A stretch of DNA of 64,000 bases, taken from IMG/VR virus record IMGVR_UViG_3300050035_000086, positions 28,953 through 92,952 of that record; one strand, given 5' to 3'. Made by a program: the position numbers and the translations under genes. This DNA is from a virus. Below, in pieces: positions 1-9,598 of the stretch (its first letter is position 1; the number at the start of each line of letters is the position of its first letter). The notes under the pieces are model-generated. The model made no database searches. It was not told the origin of the DNA and worked only from the letters and a program-made list of their open reading frames with translations.

Positions 1-641
1 GGTATGGGGTCGCACAACTCCCTCGGTCCCCCATTCAGCAGTTCATGGACGAGAACGGGAACATTCTATTCATCGACTCGACACAGCTGGGAATCAATAT
101 TGAATCGCCTGGATACACCGGGACCACAATCTCTCTTCCGTCTAATTCTCCGTATGGCGTGTCTGGAAGTACGCAACCCGCCGCAGACCCTAATGCGACT
201 CCTGGGACTCTTGTACAAGACGGAACCGTTATATGGACTGTGGCGGACCCGTGGGGGTACTGCTTTAGAATTTCACCTCTGCCCGCCCTAAACGGCCTCT
301 GCTGGTTCATTGGCGGACAATATCAGGCGCTCCCTCCTGTGCTGCTAACTATGCAGCAGACGATTGACCCTGTTCCGAATTCCATGACGTTTCTATTTCG
401 GGCCGGTGTTCGCGCACAGTTGCAAATGTTTAACGGCAACCCAAAAGGTGCTCAAGCTTACGCCGAGTGGGAGGAACAGCTACGCGCGAGCTTACGTGGC
501 GCGGACCGCCAGCAAGAGGAGAACGTACTTTACCCCAGCCAGACCATTTTGAACGGCGGGGGATTCGGGTCTACATGGGCCGGGATAGGCGCAGCTCAGC
601 CCTATGGACCCGCTTTTATGGGTCCTGGTTACGGGTACTAG
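1..641 (+). CDS. Virion structural protein, probably head-tail adaptor (5' truncated)
   Basis: Frame is open back to the window edge. Helical C-terminus (GVRAQLQMF...YAEWEEQLRASL) and position upstream of the nozzle gene. Shares the 'P..GT.VQDGTVIWT' motif with the nozzle repeats. Confidence 0.45.
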   Translation, partial: YGVAQLPRSPIQQFMDENGNILFIDSTQLGINIESPGYTGTTISLPSNSPYGVSGSTQPAADPNATPGTLVQDGTVIWTVADPWGYCFRISPLPALNGLCWFIGGQYQALPPVLLTMQQTIDPVPNSMTFLFRAGVRAQLQMFNGNPKGAQAYAEWEEQLRASLRGADRQQEENVLYPSQTILNGGGFGSTWAGIGAAQPYGPAFMGPGYGY

Positions 642-1249
642 CCAAACAAATTCGCCGTCTCTTTTATCTTTGGGAGTATGATCCTATATTTGTGTTTAGG
701 AAAAGACCCAGCCTTTGTATAGCCAAGTTCTACCATCTGCTGATTGGTTCGAGTCTTGGGTCCCGCTTTTCTCGCCACCATTTTTCCGTTAGGGTCCTTC
801 CAAACATCTTGAGGCTTAGTCAAACCGAGATATTCCCAGTTTGTTGCTTTGTAAATTGCTCCCGTGTGTCCCTGCATTTCGTCTGCATACGTGACCAAGC
901 ACTCGAAGCGACGGTCAGATCGAATTAGCTTCAGACTTTGTCCGAGCAGGAAACTGGCCCCGTTTTGAGGAACTTCCGGGGATACAACGAGTCTAGACAA
1001 CGAAAGAACCTTTCGCCAATCTCCATCTGGGTAGGTATTCATCGCGCACGACTTCGTAGGCGGGAGCCACCAAGCCACTCCGAGACAGTCAAATAGATTT
1101 TCTTTGTGGTATAGGCCGTGGACATACACAGCGGTATTTGATCCACCTTTGGCGTAGTGGTATTTCTCTACCATCTCCCTAGCCGCAGAGAGGGAAGTCA
1201 CACGAACTTCGTAATCCTTTTTTGAGAGAACTGGAACACAGGGTTTCAT
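638..1249 (-). CDS. mom: Mom-family (GNAT-fold) adenine-modification protein
   Basis: Family motifs VEKYHY, LSRLVV..EVPQNGASFLLGQSL and LVTYADEMQGHTGAIYKATNW. Confidence 0.8.
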   Translation of the reverse strand: MKPCVPVLSKKDYEVRVTSLSAAREMVEKYHYAKGGSNTAVYVHGLYHKENLFDCLGVAWWLPPTKSCAMNTYPDGDWRKVLSLSRLVVSPEVPQNGASFLLGQSLKLIRSDRRFECLVTYADEMQGHTGAIYKATNWEYLGLTKPQDVWKDPNGKMVARKAGPKTRTNQQMVELGYTKAGSFPKHKYRIILPKIKETANLFG

Positions 1250-1256
1250 ATTCTAC

Positions 1257-1439
1257 CTATCGGACGCTGTGGAAAATTAACCAATTTCCACCAAAATAAA
1301 TAATCCCCGCAAGTCCCAAAAACCAGCGTCCTCGTAGTTTTCTGATGTGTCCTTCCAGATAGAAAATGTGTTGGTCGTACCAAGCCAAATTATCTCCCGT
1401 GCAGTATGTAGATCCTACCCAGTTCCACATATTTTTCAT
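1257..1439 (-). CDS. Small hypothetical protein with C-terminal hydrophobic segment
   Basis: GAGGTG RBS. Lies between a strong leftward promoter and the mom gene. Confidence 0.55.
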   Translation of the reverse strand: MKNMWNWVGSTYCTGDNLAWYDQHIFYLEGHIRKLRGRWFLGLAGIIYFGGNWLIFHSVR

Positions 1440-1456
1440 TTCTCACCTCTGAAAAT

Positions 1457-1486
1457 AGTATACTACCGTTCCACTCTTTCTGTCAA
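1457..1486 (-). promoter_or_regulatory. Sigma70-type promoter for the mom operon
   Basis: TTGACA (1486-1481), 18-bp spacer, TATACT (1462-1457) on the - strand. Confidence 0.7.
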
Positions 1487-1502
1487 CCGAAAAATCCAGA
1501 TA

Positions 1503-1883
1503 ATGGACAAAATGAAACCTTTCTACGGAAATATCGAAGATTTAACAACTCGAAATTCCAACTTCAGGAAAGTACTTTTCACGGGGAAGCTCCAACTGGT
1601 TCTGATGTCCCTGAAGCCAGAAGAAGAAATCGGCGAAGAGAAACATCCCTCCGATCAGTTCTTCCGTGTCGAGCAAGGAACTGCGGTCTTCGTCCTGAAC
1701 AAGGAAGATGTATTTATTGCCCGAGACGGAGATTCTGTAGTAGTCCCCGGTGGCTCGTACCACAACGTAATCAACAAATCCAAGACCTCTACTTTGAAAT
1801 TATACACGATATACTCCTCTCCCGAACACCCTAGTAAAGAGATTAAGAAAACCAAGAAAGAAGCAGAGGCCGCTGAGAAATAA
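1503..1883 (+). CDS. Cupin domain protein
   Basis: NFRKVLFTG.LQLVLMSL....IGEEKH..DQFFRVEQG and VVVPGGSYHNVIN...LKLYTIYS.PEH. Start at 1503 or 1512. Confidence 0.85.
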   Translation: MDKMKPFYGNIEDLTTRNSNFRKVLFTGKLQLVLMSLKPEEEIGEEKHPSDQFFRVEQGTAVFVLNKEDVFIARDGDSVVVPGGSYHNVINKSKTSTLKLYTIYSSPEHPSKEIKKTKKEAEAAEK

Positions 1884-4800
1884 TGGCAAACCAATTTCAA
1901 CTAAATGGATCGACTTCCGGTAAACAAACCCGGTATACCGGGCTGTGGAATGCCTCGTGGACTTCCGGAATTTGGACCAATAGAAGTCCACTCAGAGAAG
2001 GACCGGTCACCCGAATGGAGGCCCGGTACATTGGCGCACGTAATGACTGTTTCTGGGACGGGTCCAACATTGAGATCAGTCAGAGACTGACCCCCGTCCG
2101 CCGCCCGGGTCAGACGCAATATAACACGTCCACTTTCTCCGCCATCAACTGTTTCTATGAATTTCGATTGTTCAACACCAACACCGAGACCATCAAAGTG
2201 ATGGCCGATACTGCTGGTACTTTATTCGATGCCACTGGACCCTCTGGTCAAATTGCTGTATGGTCGAAATCCGCAGGCGCTGGGCAGACATACATGCAGT
2301 ATGTCGCCAACAATTTGTATTTCGGAAATGGGGTAGACCTCAAGAAGTGGGTCCAGAATCCCGTCGGGTGGCTTGCGTCAAATAAATATACTGTAGACGA
2401 AATGCAGACGTTCGTTATTGACTCCAATGGAAACTTGGAGCAGTTGACCCAGTGCATTATCCCGGTCGTATCAATTGGAATCGCATCGAACGTCCTCACG
2501 GTCACTTTCGACCGAAATGTTACCAACTACTTGACCACCGGGTTGAATATCAATTTTAGGGGCTTGACGGTAGCTACCTTCCTTAATGGCTACGACCCAA
2601 AGAACCAAGTAATCACGATCAGTAACGTTTCGGGAACCACGGTCCAAGCCCCCTTTGTCTACAACAACTACGCCACTACCGCAGATTCTGGAACTTGCTA
2701 TGTAGTGGAAGGTGGAACCCCGTACTCTGGGGGAACTGTTCCTGTCTGGAATACCGCTTTGATGGGAACTACCACAGACAATGTGTGTTTGTGGGTCAAT
2801 CGCGGAACCCCTCTTGAGAATTTCGGAATCGTTGGGCCGACTCAGCAAACCATGAGTTTTACGGTAAATACCAACTCAAACTCTTGGGCAGATAACACCT
2901 ACTACTCGATCCTGGATTCAATCATTGATAACAACGGAAACTTACAGAAGGTAACGACATCTGGAAAAAGCGGATACTATGGCTCGGGTTCATTCCCCAC
3001 GTGGTCCACTACTCTCGGTGGTACTACCGCCGATGGTACTGTTGTTTGGACGGTAGTACAGCTCGGTCTATGGAACCCCTCTGCTCCGAATGTGACCACT
3101 TGGCTTCCTAACCATACATACACGAATGGAGCTTTGATAACCGCCACCCCAACTGGTGGATCGCCTTCGGTGTTCCAACTTCAGGGTTTTGCAGAAGCGC
3201 AGATTTCCGGAGCGGTCACGGCCTACTTGTACCCAGGAACCGGGTCTGGGGCTGTCACTCAATTCAACCACTCCTTTCCCCTGTCTACCGGGTCCGCACT
3301 GGGGTCAGCGACTGGCAACAGTTTTTTATTTGACCCAGCTAGTACTTCGGTATTCGGAGCTAACCCAATTCAATGGGCTACTCTTAACTCCTCGGGGACA
3401 ACCACGGGGTATACCACCCCTTTTCCAACGCATACCAATACCTACGAACTGGTGGTTTTGGGAAATATTGTATTTCCCGAGGCCGGAAACTACACAATAT
3501 CCATCGTCCACAAAGACGGTATGTTTTGGGGAATGGGTAATTCTGCGACCGTAATTAGCGGACCATCAAACGACCCTAGAAACAATACGGTAACGGCTGT
3601 TCAGGGATATCCTGTTTTTGGCGGAACTAATACCAACGCTTCTGGGGTAGACCTAACAGAAGACTTTGTCATTAATATACCGACCGCAGGAACCTACCCG
3701 ATTGAAATTGACTATGCCTATTGGTATCATAGCGGACAGACTTTGGTTCTGACCGTAAACGGAGTCAATCCTGTCCCAGGAACTATCTCAACGTTGAGAA
3801 CCAGCGGACCTACCGCCCCGACGTGGCCAGCATTCAGTTCGGCCTACGCTCCCGGATATGCTCTGGCTAACGAGACTTCTGGGCAATTGGTGTGGGCCAA
3901 TATAGGACTTGTGACTGATTTTTCGTGGACAACCAAGACGTATTATCTAACAAACAGTTCGGCTGGGATTATTGACTCAAACAGTTATTCTGAAATTCCG
4001 TATGAGTCCGGAACAACCACCACCTTGGCCCCTACTTTTGTCAAAACTTTCAACGGGATTACGTCAGACAATCCAAACTTAATATGGCTAAACACGGGAA
4101 AGGCATCTATCGTCGCAGCAGGAAATTTATCGACCTCGGCGGGAGGATGGCAATATTGTATCGCTCTGGTCAACACGCTAACTGACACCGTATCTAATGC
4201 TGGACCAGTCACAACAATCACTGGAAGTTTTGTGGGTGCTTCAGGGGTTCACCTATCTGGGGGTCTTCCCGACGTATCTGTTATAGACCCACAGGTGGAC
4301 TATGTCGCCATCTTTCGAACTAAGGATGGCGGAGGAACTTATTACCTAATTCCTCCTACATACAACCAAAATACAGTTTATACCTTGCCGTTGTCCGAGT
4401 ACCTCGCGAACGGATATACAGACACGACTCTTGATGCGGATCTTAACTTCCTCATCTCTCCCGCGCTTTCTTACGAGAATACTCCTCCCGGAAACGTGGG
4501 AACTGGAACGCAGGGGATGATCAATTTTACCTACCATCTAAGCCGTCTCTTCGCAAGCACGGGAAATATAGTCTACTGGAGCACGGGTCCAGATACGACC
4601 GTTGGAAATGGAAACGAAGCTTGGTCTCCGTCTAACTCCTTTACCTTTCCTTCTCTTGTAAAGAGAATTGTATCCACCAGTATTGGAGCTTTAATATTTA
4701 CAGTTTCTGACGTGTACCTTATTGCCGGGAAAGCCACATCCTCCAGTCCCCTGTTTCCTACTCCATACATCCCCGGGCTTGGTCTTCTATCTTACAACGC

Positions 4801-5542
4801 CCTTTCCACCAACGGAACATTGATTTATTTGCTTACCGCAGATAATCAATTTGTAGAGCTTAACCCGCACTCCGGAGTGAGTCAGCTTGGAAACCCAATT
4901 GGTGACAAGCTGCAAACATGGGACCCATCTCTCGCCTATGTCACTTGGCATGTCAGCGGATCGAGAGACCAAGCCCTATATGTTTCAGATGGCTCTACGG
5001 GGTGGTATAGACTTATGACCACACCTAGTCCAGAAACTGGACAAACTTGGTGCCCCTTCGCCACTATTCAGGGAGGAGCTAAGGCCGTCCAATCTGTTGA
5101 AGTATCTCCCGGAGTAACTAAACTGCTAGTGGGTCCTACAACTTCCGGACCCATTTTGCAACGAGACTACTCGGTAAACACAGACAACGGAACGGCGTAT
5201 CCGGCATTTGGAACTCTGGGAAGTATAGTTCTAGCGCACCCAGGTCAACTTGCAGAATTGGTATTTGTCACTTTGGATAGCACTGCGGTTGGCTCACATC
5301 CCACCGTTAGTACTCTGATTGATGAGATATCGGGAACTTTCGAATCTATGCCTTCTTATGTTCCGGACCCAACACAACTTCCAGCAAGTACCACGCTCTA
5401 CGGAGACAGATTCTACTTCTCTCAAACTCAACAACCTGCTATTTGTCGCCATCTCATGCTGAAATTTTCGTGGCCTGCTGAAAACTACGCAAATGAACTT
5501 TTAGCAATGACTATCTTTGGCGGTCCTACGGAGGAGTTGTAA
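1883..5542 (+). CDS. Tail nozzle / DNA-stabilisation protein with inserted carbohydrate-binding repeats and PA14-like domain
   Basis: 1219 aa, beta-rich. N- and C-terminal propeller-like segments (RRPG, NNLYFGNG, RLFAS.GN.VYWS). Central W..N..Y repeats and a PA14-like GNYT..V.KDG...GTYPIEIDY segment. Podovirus synteny. Confidence 0.6.
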   Translation: MANQFQLNGSTSGKQTRYTGLWNASWTSGIWTNRSPLREGPVTRMEARYIGARNDCFWDGSNIEISQRLTPVRRPGQTQYNTSTFSAINCFYEFRLFNTNTETIKVMADTAGTLFDATGPSGQIAVWSKSAGAGQTYMQYVANNLYFGNGVDLKKWVQNPVGWLASNKYTVDEMQTFVIDSNGNLEQLTQCIIPVVSIGIASNVLTVTFDRNVTNYLTTGLNINFRGLTVATFLNGYDPKNQVITISNVSGTTVQAPFVYNNYATTADSGTCYVVEGGTPYSGGTVPVWNTALMGTTTDNVCLWVNRGTPLENFGIVGPTQQTMSFTVNTNSNSWADNTYYSILDSIIDNNGNLQKVTTSGKSGYYGSGSFPTWSTTLGGTTADGTVVWTVVQLGLWNPSAPNVTTWLPNHTYTNGALITATPTGGSPSVFQLQGFAEAQISGAVTAYLYPGTGSGAVTQFNHSFPLSTGSALGSATGNSFLFDPASTSVFGANPIQWATLNSSGTTTGYTTPFPTHTNTYELVVLGNIVFPEAGNYTISIVHKDGMFWGMGNSATVISGPSNDPRNNTVTAVQGYPVFGGTNTNASGVDLTEDFVINIPTAGTYPIEIDYAYWYHSGQTLVLTVNGVNPVPGTISTLRTSGPTAPTWPAFSSAYAPGYALANETSGQLVWANIGLVTDFSWTTKTYYLTNSSAGIIDSNSYSEIPYESGTTTTLAPTFVKTFNGITSDNPNLIWLNTGKASIVAAGNLSTSAGGWQYCIALVNTLTDTVSNAGPVTTITGSFVGASGVHLSGGLPDVSVIDPQVDYVAIFRTKDGGGTYYLIPPTYNQNTVYTLPLSEYLANGYTDTTLDADLNFLISPALSYENTPPGNVGTGTQGMINFTYHLSRLFASTGNIVYWSTGPDTTVGNGNEAWSPSNSFTFPSLVKRIVSTSIGALIFTVSDVYLIAGKATSSSPLFPTPYIPGLGLLSYNALSTNGTLIYLLTADNQFVELNPHSGVSQLGNPIGDKLQTWDPSLAYVTWHVSGSRDQALYVSDGSTGWYRLMTTPSPETGQTWCPFATIQGGAKAVQSVEVSPGVTKLLVGPTTSGPILQRDYSVNTDNGTAYPAFGTLGSIVLAHPGQLAELVFVTLDSTAVGSHPTVSTLIDEISGTFESMPSYVPDPTQLPASTTLYGDRFYFSQTQQPAICRHLMLKFSWPAENYANELLAMTIFGGPTEEL

Positions 5543-6303
5543 TGTCCACCCTAGCACAAGCAACCTCCAAAACAGTAGAGGAACTGGGACTCAGGCGGGT
5601 ATCCTCCTCTGCTTCCTCCTTTACTCAAGCGATTTCGGATACCTCTCAAAGTAGCGGAACACAGACCACACGATGCCCAGTTCCCCCTATTTCTATTTCC
5701 CCTGATTCTCTTTCCTCATACGATCAAAAAGGTTTGGTGCCTCAAGCCCGATTTATGGCCTCCCTTCCTCTATTCCAAGATACATCTTCTACGGGAGTTT
5801 CAGTTACCAAGACGGTTGTCGCTAGCGGGGGTTCAGCATCTTCTGGATCTTCTTCGGGATCGTCGTCTTCTGGGTCCTCATCTTCGGGTTCTTCCTCCTC
5901 TCCGACAAACACTATTCCAACCAACACGGGGATTATTACACCAGCAATCAGTCAAGGTTCTCCTTTTTTGACTTCTTTGCAAATGTCTCCTTTGTTTATT
6001 TTGTATAAGGTAACAGTTAGCTCTCCCGCGCGCGTCGAACTCTATAGCACCTCTGGGGCGCAAACGCTGGACAGGGGGAGACCCGCAACTACCCCGGTAT
6101 CCTCAGGAACGGAAAACGAAGTCATCGGAGATTTTAATTTGGCCTTGAGTACAGAATCTCCCTGGCTATGCTCTCCCGCTCCGACCGGATTTAATGGGGA
6201 CGACCCGATCTCTTCAACTATATATCTGACGGTGACGAATCTTAATCCGTCTACTTCTCCCATAACAGTTTCCTTGTCCTATCTTCCTCTAGGAGGATCT
6301 TAA
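5542..6303 (+). CDS. Putative tail protein with Ser/Gly-rich linker
   Basis: Translationally coupled in the tail operon. Poly-Ser linker followed by a beta-rich C-terminal domain. Confidence 0.5.
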   Translation: MSTLAQATSKTVEELGLRRVSSSASSFTQAISDTSQSSGTQTTRCPVPPISISPDSLSSYDQKGLVPQARFMASLPLFQDTSSTGVSVTKTVVASGGSASSGSSSGSSSSGSSSSGSSSSPTNTIPTNTGIITPAISQGSPFLTSLQMSPLFILYKVTVSSPARVELYSTSGAQTLDRGRPATTPVSSGTENEVIGDFNLALSTESPWLCSPAPTGFNGDDPISSTIYLTVTNLNPSTSPITVSLSYLPLGGS

Positions 6304-7526
6304 TGGGTCAAATTTATCCAACTCCATCCTCCTTCGGGCAGTCCCTAACCATTAATACAACTGCTCCCCTAACCGGAGGGGGTCCTGTTTCTTCGGGAGG
6401 AAGTCTTACCCTGGGTCTTTCGACCAGCAATGATTCAACCCGTCGAGCATACGTAGTTACTCCTGCTCCAGACGGAAATACTGCCAATTTTACGATAGTC
6501 GGATTCCCGCCTGGGTCAAACGTTTCTTACGCTGACGTTTTCGTTGACGGAAAACTTCAGTTTACTTCTACTTTTACTCTGTCAGGTTCTACCCTTTACC
6601 TGAATACTCCTCCCACAACCGGGCAAAAAGTTAGGGTAGTATGCTCGACTCCGTCCGACAACCGACAGCAGTTCACATTAACTTCCTCTTCTTCCACCGT
6701 TTTCACGTTTCCTTCTGTTTCTCCCCAAAGTGCTTACGTAGATGTCTATGATGGAAATGGAAAACTGCAAACTGTTGGGGCAACTGGGTACTACCTCGAT
6801 ATTACCGACGGAGCGTACTCTGTTGTTTTTGCTTCTGCTCCGGTGATCCCCGTTGTCGCTGTGTTCGATCCTACGGTAAACAGTGGTCGTAATTTGTACA
6901 CAACAACGGCCATTACTTCGACAACCTTCAGCATATCTGGCGGATCACCTAGCACCCCCTACATTGATGTGTTTGACCAAGGTTTGTTTCTGATGGACGG
7001 CTCGTCTTACGACTACACCCTGAGTTATACTTCCGGGGTGTGGATCATAACATTTGCAACCGCCCCGGTCGCTCCTGTTGCTATCTTCGCCCCGGCTACT
7101 GTAATTCCCCCCTCCCAGAGTATCGGTTCTGTAGTTAATACTCTAAATGGACTGTCCGGAAATGTTACCCTAGTCCCTGGGTCAAATATCACTCTGACAC
7201 CTTCTGGGAATACGATCACCATAGCGTCTACGGGAGGAGGGGGTGGTTTTACCTCGGGAAGCACCTCAAGCGGATATTGGGTAAAAGACCCTACAGGACA
7301 TATTCACCAGTGGGGCAATATTACAACCGATATTAATAGCGGAAGCGTTGTGGTAACTTTTCCAACTCCTTTTACCACCGCATTAAGTATTTCCGTACTT
7401 GTAGCAACTGTATCGGCAGCAGACCGAATTACTTACGTGAATAACGGAACTGCGAACGATGTTGGCTTCTCTGTGTCAAACAACGGTTCGGGTGGATTTG
7501 CCTCTTGGACTGCTGACGGATTCTAA
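6303..7526 (+). CDS. Tail fibre protein with three internal beta repeats and gp53-like C-terminal domain
   Basis: Repeats YADVFVDGKLQ / YVDVYDGNGKLQ / YIDVFDQG; VNTLNGLSGNVTL; C-terminal YWVKDPTGHIHQWG...VTFPTPF...W.ADG. Confidence 0.7.
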   Translation: MGQIYPTPSSFGQSLTINTTAPLTGGGPVSSGGSLTLGLSTSNDSTRRAYVVTPAPDGNTANFTIVGFPPGSNVSYADVFVDGKLQFTSTFTLSGSTLYLNTPPTTGQKVRVVCSTPSDNRQQFTLTSSSSTVFTFPSVSPQSAYVDVYDGNGKLQTVGATGYYLDITDGAYSVVFASAPVIPVVAVFDPTVNSGRNLYTTTAITSTTFSISGGSPSTPYIDVFDQGLFLMDGSSYDYTLSYTSGVWIITFATAPVAPVAIFAPATVIPPSQSIGSVVNTLNGLSGNVTLVPGSNITLTPSGNTITIASTGGGGGFTSGSTSSGYWVKDPTGHIHQWGNITTDINSGSVVVTFPTPFTTALSISVLVATVSAADRITYVNNGTANDVGFSVSNNGSGGFASWTADGF

Positions 7527-7576
7527 AACGCCCCAAAATAATTTCTTGACCTTCAAATCTAAAACTTAGGATAAAC

Positions 7577-7897
7577 ATGCAAGCACCTTGGAACCCAATG
7601 ACGTGGGCATCAGAACACTGGCCGCAACTTGTGGGATGGACGGCTGTGGCAACCTTTCTGTCTTATATCTACCAGTGGGCAAAGAACTTAGGCGGATACG
7701 CCACGTCTCTAACCGCAACGAGAGATGATTTAGGCGCGATTAAGTCTAACCATATCCCTCATCTTCAGAAGGAGTTGGAGATGGTCAATCAGCGACTCGA
7801 AACAGTCAATACTAATCTTGAAGGAATTCGAGAAGACTTTCGTGACGGCATTAATCGTCTAAGCGACAGTATCAATGTTTTACTGACGAGGCTTTAA
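7577..7897 (+). CDS. Holin-like membrane protein (one TM segment plus coiled coil)
   Basis: N-terminal hydrophobic helix, then a heptad-rich C-terminus containing NHIPHLQ. Confidence 0.45.
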   Translation: MQAPWNPMTWASEHWPQLVGWTAVATFLSYIYQWAKNLGGYATSLTATRDDLGAIKSNHIPHLQKELEMVNQRLETVNTNLEGIREDFRDGINRLSDSINVLLTRL

Positions 7898-8302
7898 ATG
7901 GATCTTATGTTTGTGCGTCCGGCTAAACTGGGAGATGAGACGAAATTTTTGGACTGGTCTGTAGAAAATCCAGATAATGGATTTGATCCAGAGGTTGCTA
8001 AATCTCCGTCTACATTCGTTCTATGTGCTTACGACAAAACGGGAGCAGTAGCTTACCAGCCGGTCCAGCAAGTATTCATGATGGACTCCTACGCGGGCCG
8101 TCCCGGAAATACTAAGTTGCAAACAGCGGTGGCTATGAAGGAATTGTTCCAGGAGACGGTTACCCAAGCACACATAAAAGGCGTGTCCGAAATTTACTAC
8201 CTCGGGACAGAGGTAGGAACCGATGCAATGACTACCAAGCATGTTTTTGAAGAGCTTCCATACAAGGTTTTTCGCGTGAAAGTTGCTAGTCTAGAGGGCT
8301 AA
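7898..8302 (+). CDS. GNAT-like protein preceding the ejection genes
   Basis: VRPAKLGD start and GNAT-like secondary-structure pattern. Position typical of podovirus tail/ejection modules. Confidence 0.45.
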   Translation: MDLMFVRPAKLGDETKFLDWSVENPDNGFDPEVAKSPSTFVLCAYDKTGAVAYQPVQQVFMMDSYAGRPGNTKLQTAVAMKELFQETVTQAHIKGVSEIYYLGTEVGTDAMTTKHVFEELPYKVFRVKVASLEG

Positions 8303-9196
8303 ATGAAGATCAACACATTTTTGGAATTCGTTTGGAGTTCCCGGCAAAATCGATACATACTTGTCCGCAATCAGTCCATTACCTGGACTGGTGGGGTTGC
8401 TCTGTGTAAAGCAGAGGGGCCTAGCTCTGAACAACAAGGAATAGCCTCCTCCCAACAATCTTTCTACAACACGCTACAAAAAGACTACGGAACACAGTTC
8501 GCAAACCAGAGTAATATTTTGAATGCTCTGAACAAATCTTTGTCCCCCATTATAAATGCAGGAGTCGGTCAGTATGGGTTTGGAAATGCTGAGGACGCGG
8601 CAATGCGTACTCAGTCAACTTCGGGAACCGCGAGCGCCTACAGAAGTGCGAAACAGGCGTCTGGGGAAGCGCAAGCAGCGCAAGGCGGAGGAGATACTTT
8701 TATCGGCTCTGGTGTCAAAGCGCAGACAAACGCGCAACTAGCCAATTCTGCCGCTTCTACTGAAGCAAATCAGCAACTAGGAATTACGCAACAGGGGTAC
8801 CAAACCGGAAGATCAAATTATTTCAACGCAGTCAATCAGGAACAAAATGTAGCTAATGCTTATAACCCCTCCGCGTACGGCCAGATGGCGAACTCGGCGG
8901 GATCTGCGGCGTATGGGTCGGCCTCAAACAATCAACAACTAAAAGCCGCAGCAGACGCTGCAAATAATCCTTGGGGACTCGTCGGGGGAGTAGCTGGTGG
9001 CATCGCGGGCTCTTTCGTAGGGATGCCGGGGGCTGGATACGCTCTTGGGTCTTCCTTGGGGGGTGGTTTAAGTGGTGCAACTTCTTCGGGGGGAAACTCT
9101 GGCGGTCTTGCTGGTGGGTTTGGTAATCTAGATACCACAGGAGGATCAACTTTCATGGAGCAGTTGAAGAATTTCGGATCGGGCCTGGGCAGATAA
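8303..9196 (+). CDS. DNA ejection / pilot protein
   Basis: N-terminal ...WTGGVALCK motif, Gln/Ala/Asn-rich helical body, Gly-rich hydrophobic C-terminus. Confidence 0.6.
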   Translation: MKINTFLEFVWSSRQNRYILVRNQSITWTGGVALCKAEGPSSEQQGIASSQQSFYNTLQKDYGTQFANQSNILNALNKSLSPIINAGVGQYGFGNAEDAAMRTQSTSGTASAYRSAKQASGEAQAAQGGGDTFIGSGVKAQTNAQLANSAASTEANQQLGITQQGYQTGRSNYFNAVNQEQNVANAYNPSAYGQMANSAGSAAYGSASNNQQLKAAADAANNPWGLVGGVAGGIAGSFVGMPGAGYALGSSLGGGLSGATSSGGNSGGLAGGFGNLDTTGGSTFMEQLKNFGSGLGR

Positions 9197-9197
9197 T

Positions 9198-9590
9198 ATG
9201 AGCGAACGAAGAATTGAAGCACTGGTTGACGCTATTGCCCACTTACGGGGTTCGTCCACTAACCCGGACTCTGATTTGTACCAGATTCGAAACCCGATTG
9301 GTACTATGAGTTTTTCTCGTCCCGGACGCAATGAGGTAGATGCTGAGGGACACCGCGTGTTTAAATCTTGGTTAGCCGGGTATCGAGCCGCTGTATTTGA
9401 TCTTACCATCAAGTGCAAAGGAGAGTCTCGTGCCAACCTAAAACCTACCGATCTACTCGAAAATCTATTGCGCGTTCTGGGAATTACTGAGAAGCTGGGG
9501 CAAGATCAAGTAGTTAAATTCCTGAAGCGCGCCCTCAAAGACCAATCCATTACCCGGACCACCCCTCTATCATATTTTGTCGAAAACTAA
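9198..9590 (+). CDS. Putative lysozyme-like virion protein
   Basis: AIAH.....RNPIG....GHRVFKSW.AGY.A resembles NNPGN-type lysozyme-like virion proteins. Divergent. Confidence 0.35.
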   Translation: MSERRIEALVDAIAHLRGSSTNPDSDLYQIRNPIGTMSFSRPGRNEVDAEGHRVFKSWLAGYRAAVFDLTIKCKGESRANLKPTDLLENLLRVLGITEKLGQDQVVKFLKRALKDQSITRTTPLSYFVEN

Positions 9591-9598
9591 GGACCACA

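Noticed and set aside
5815-5905. TCT/TCG-rich low-complexity tract
   Set aside because: Simply encodes a Ser/Gly linker in a tail protein.
6303-7526. Diversity-generating retroelement acting on the tail fibre
   Set aside because: No reverse transcriptase and no template/variable repeat pair seen.
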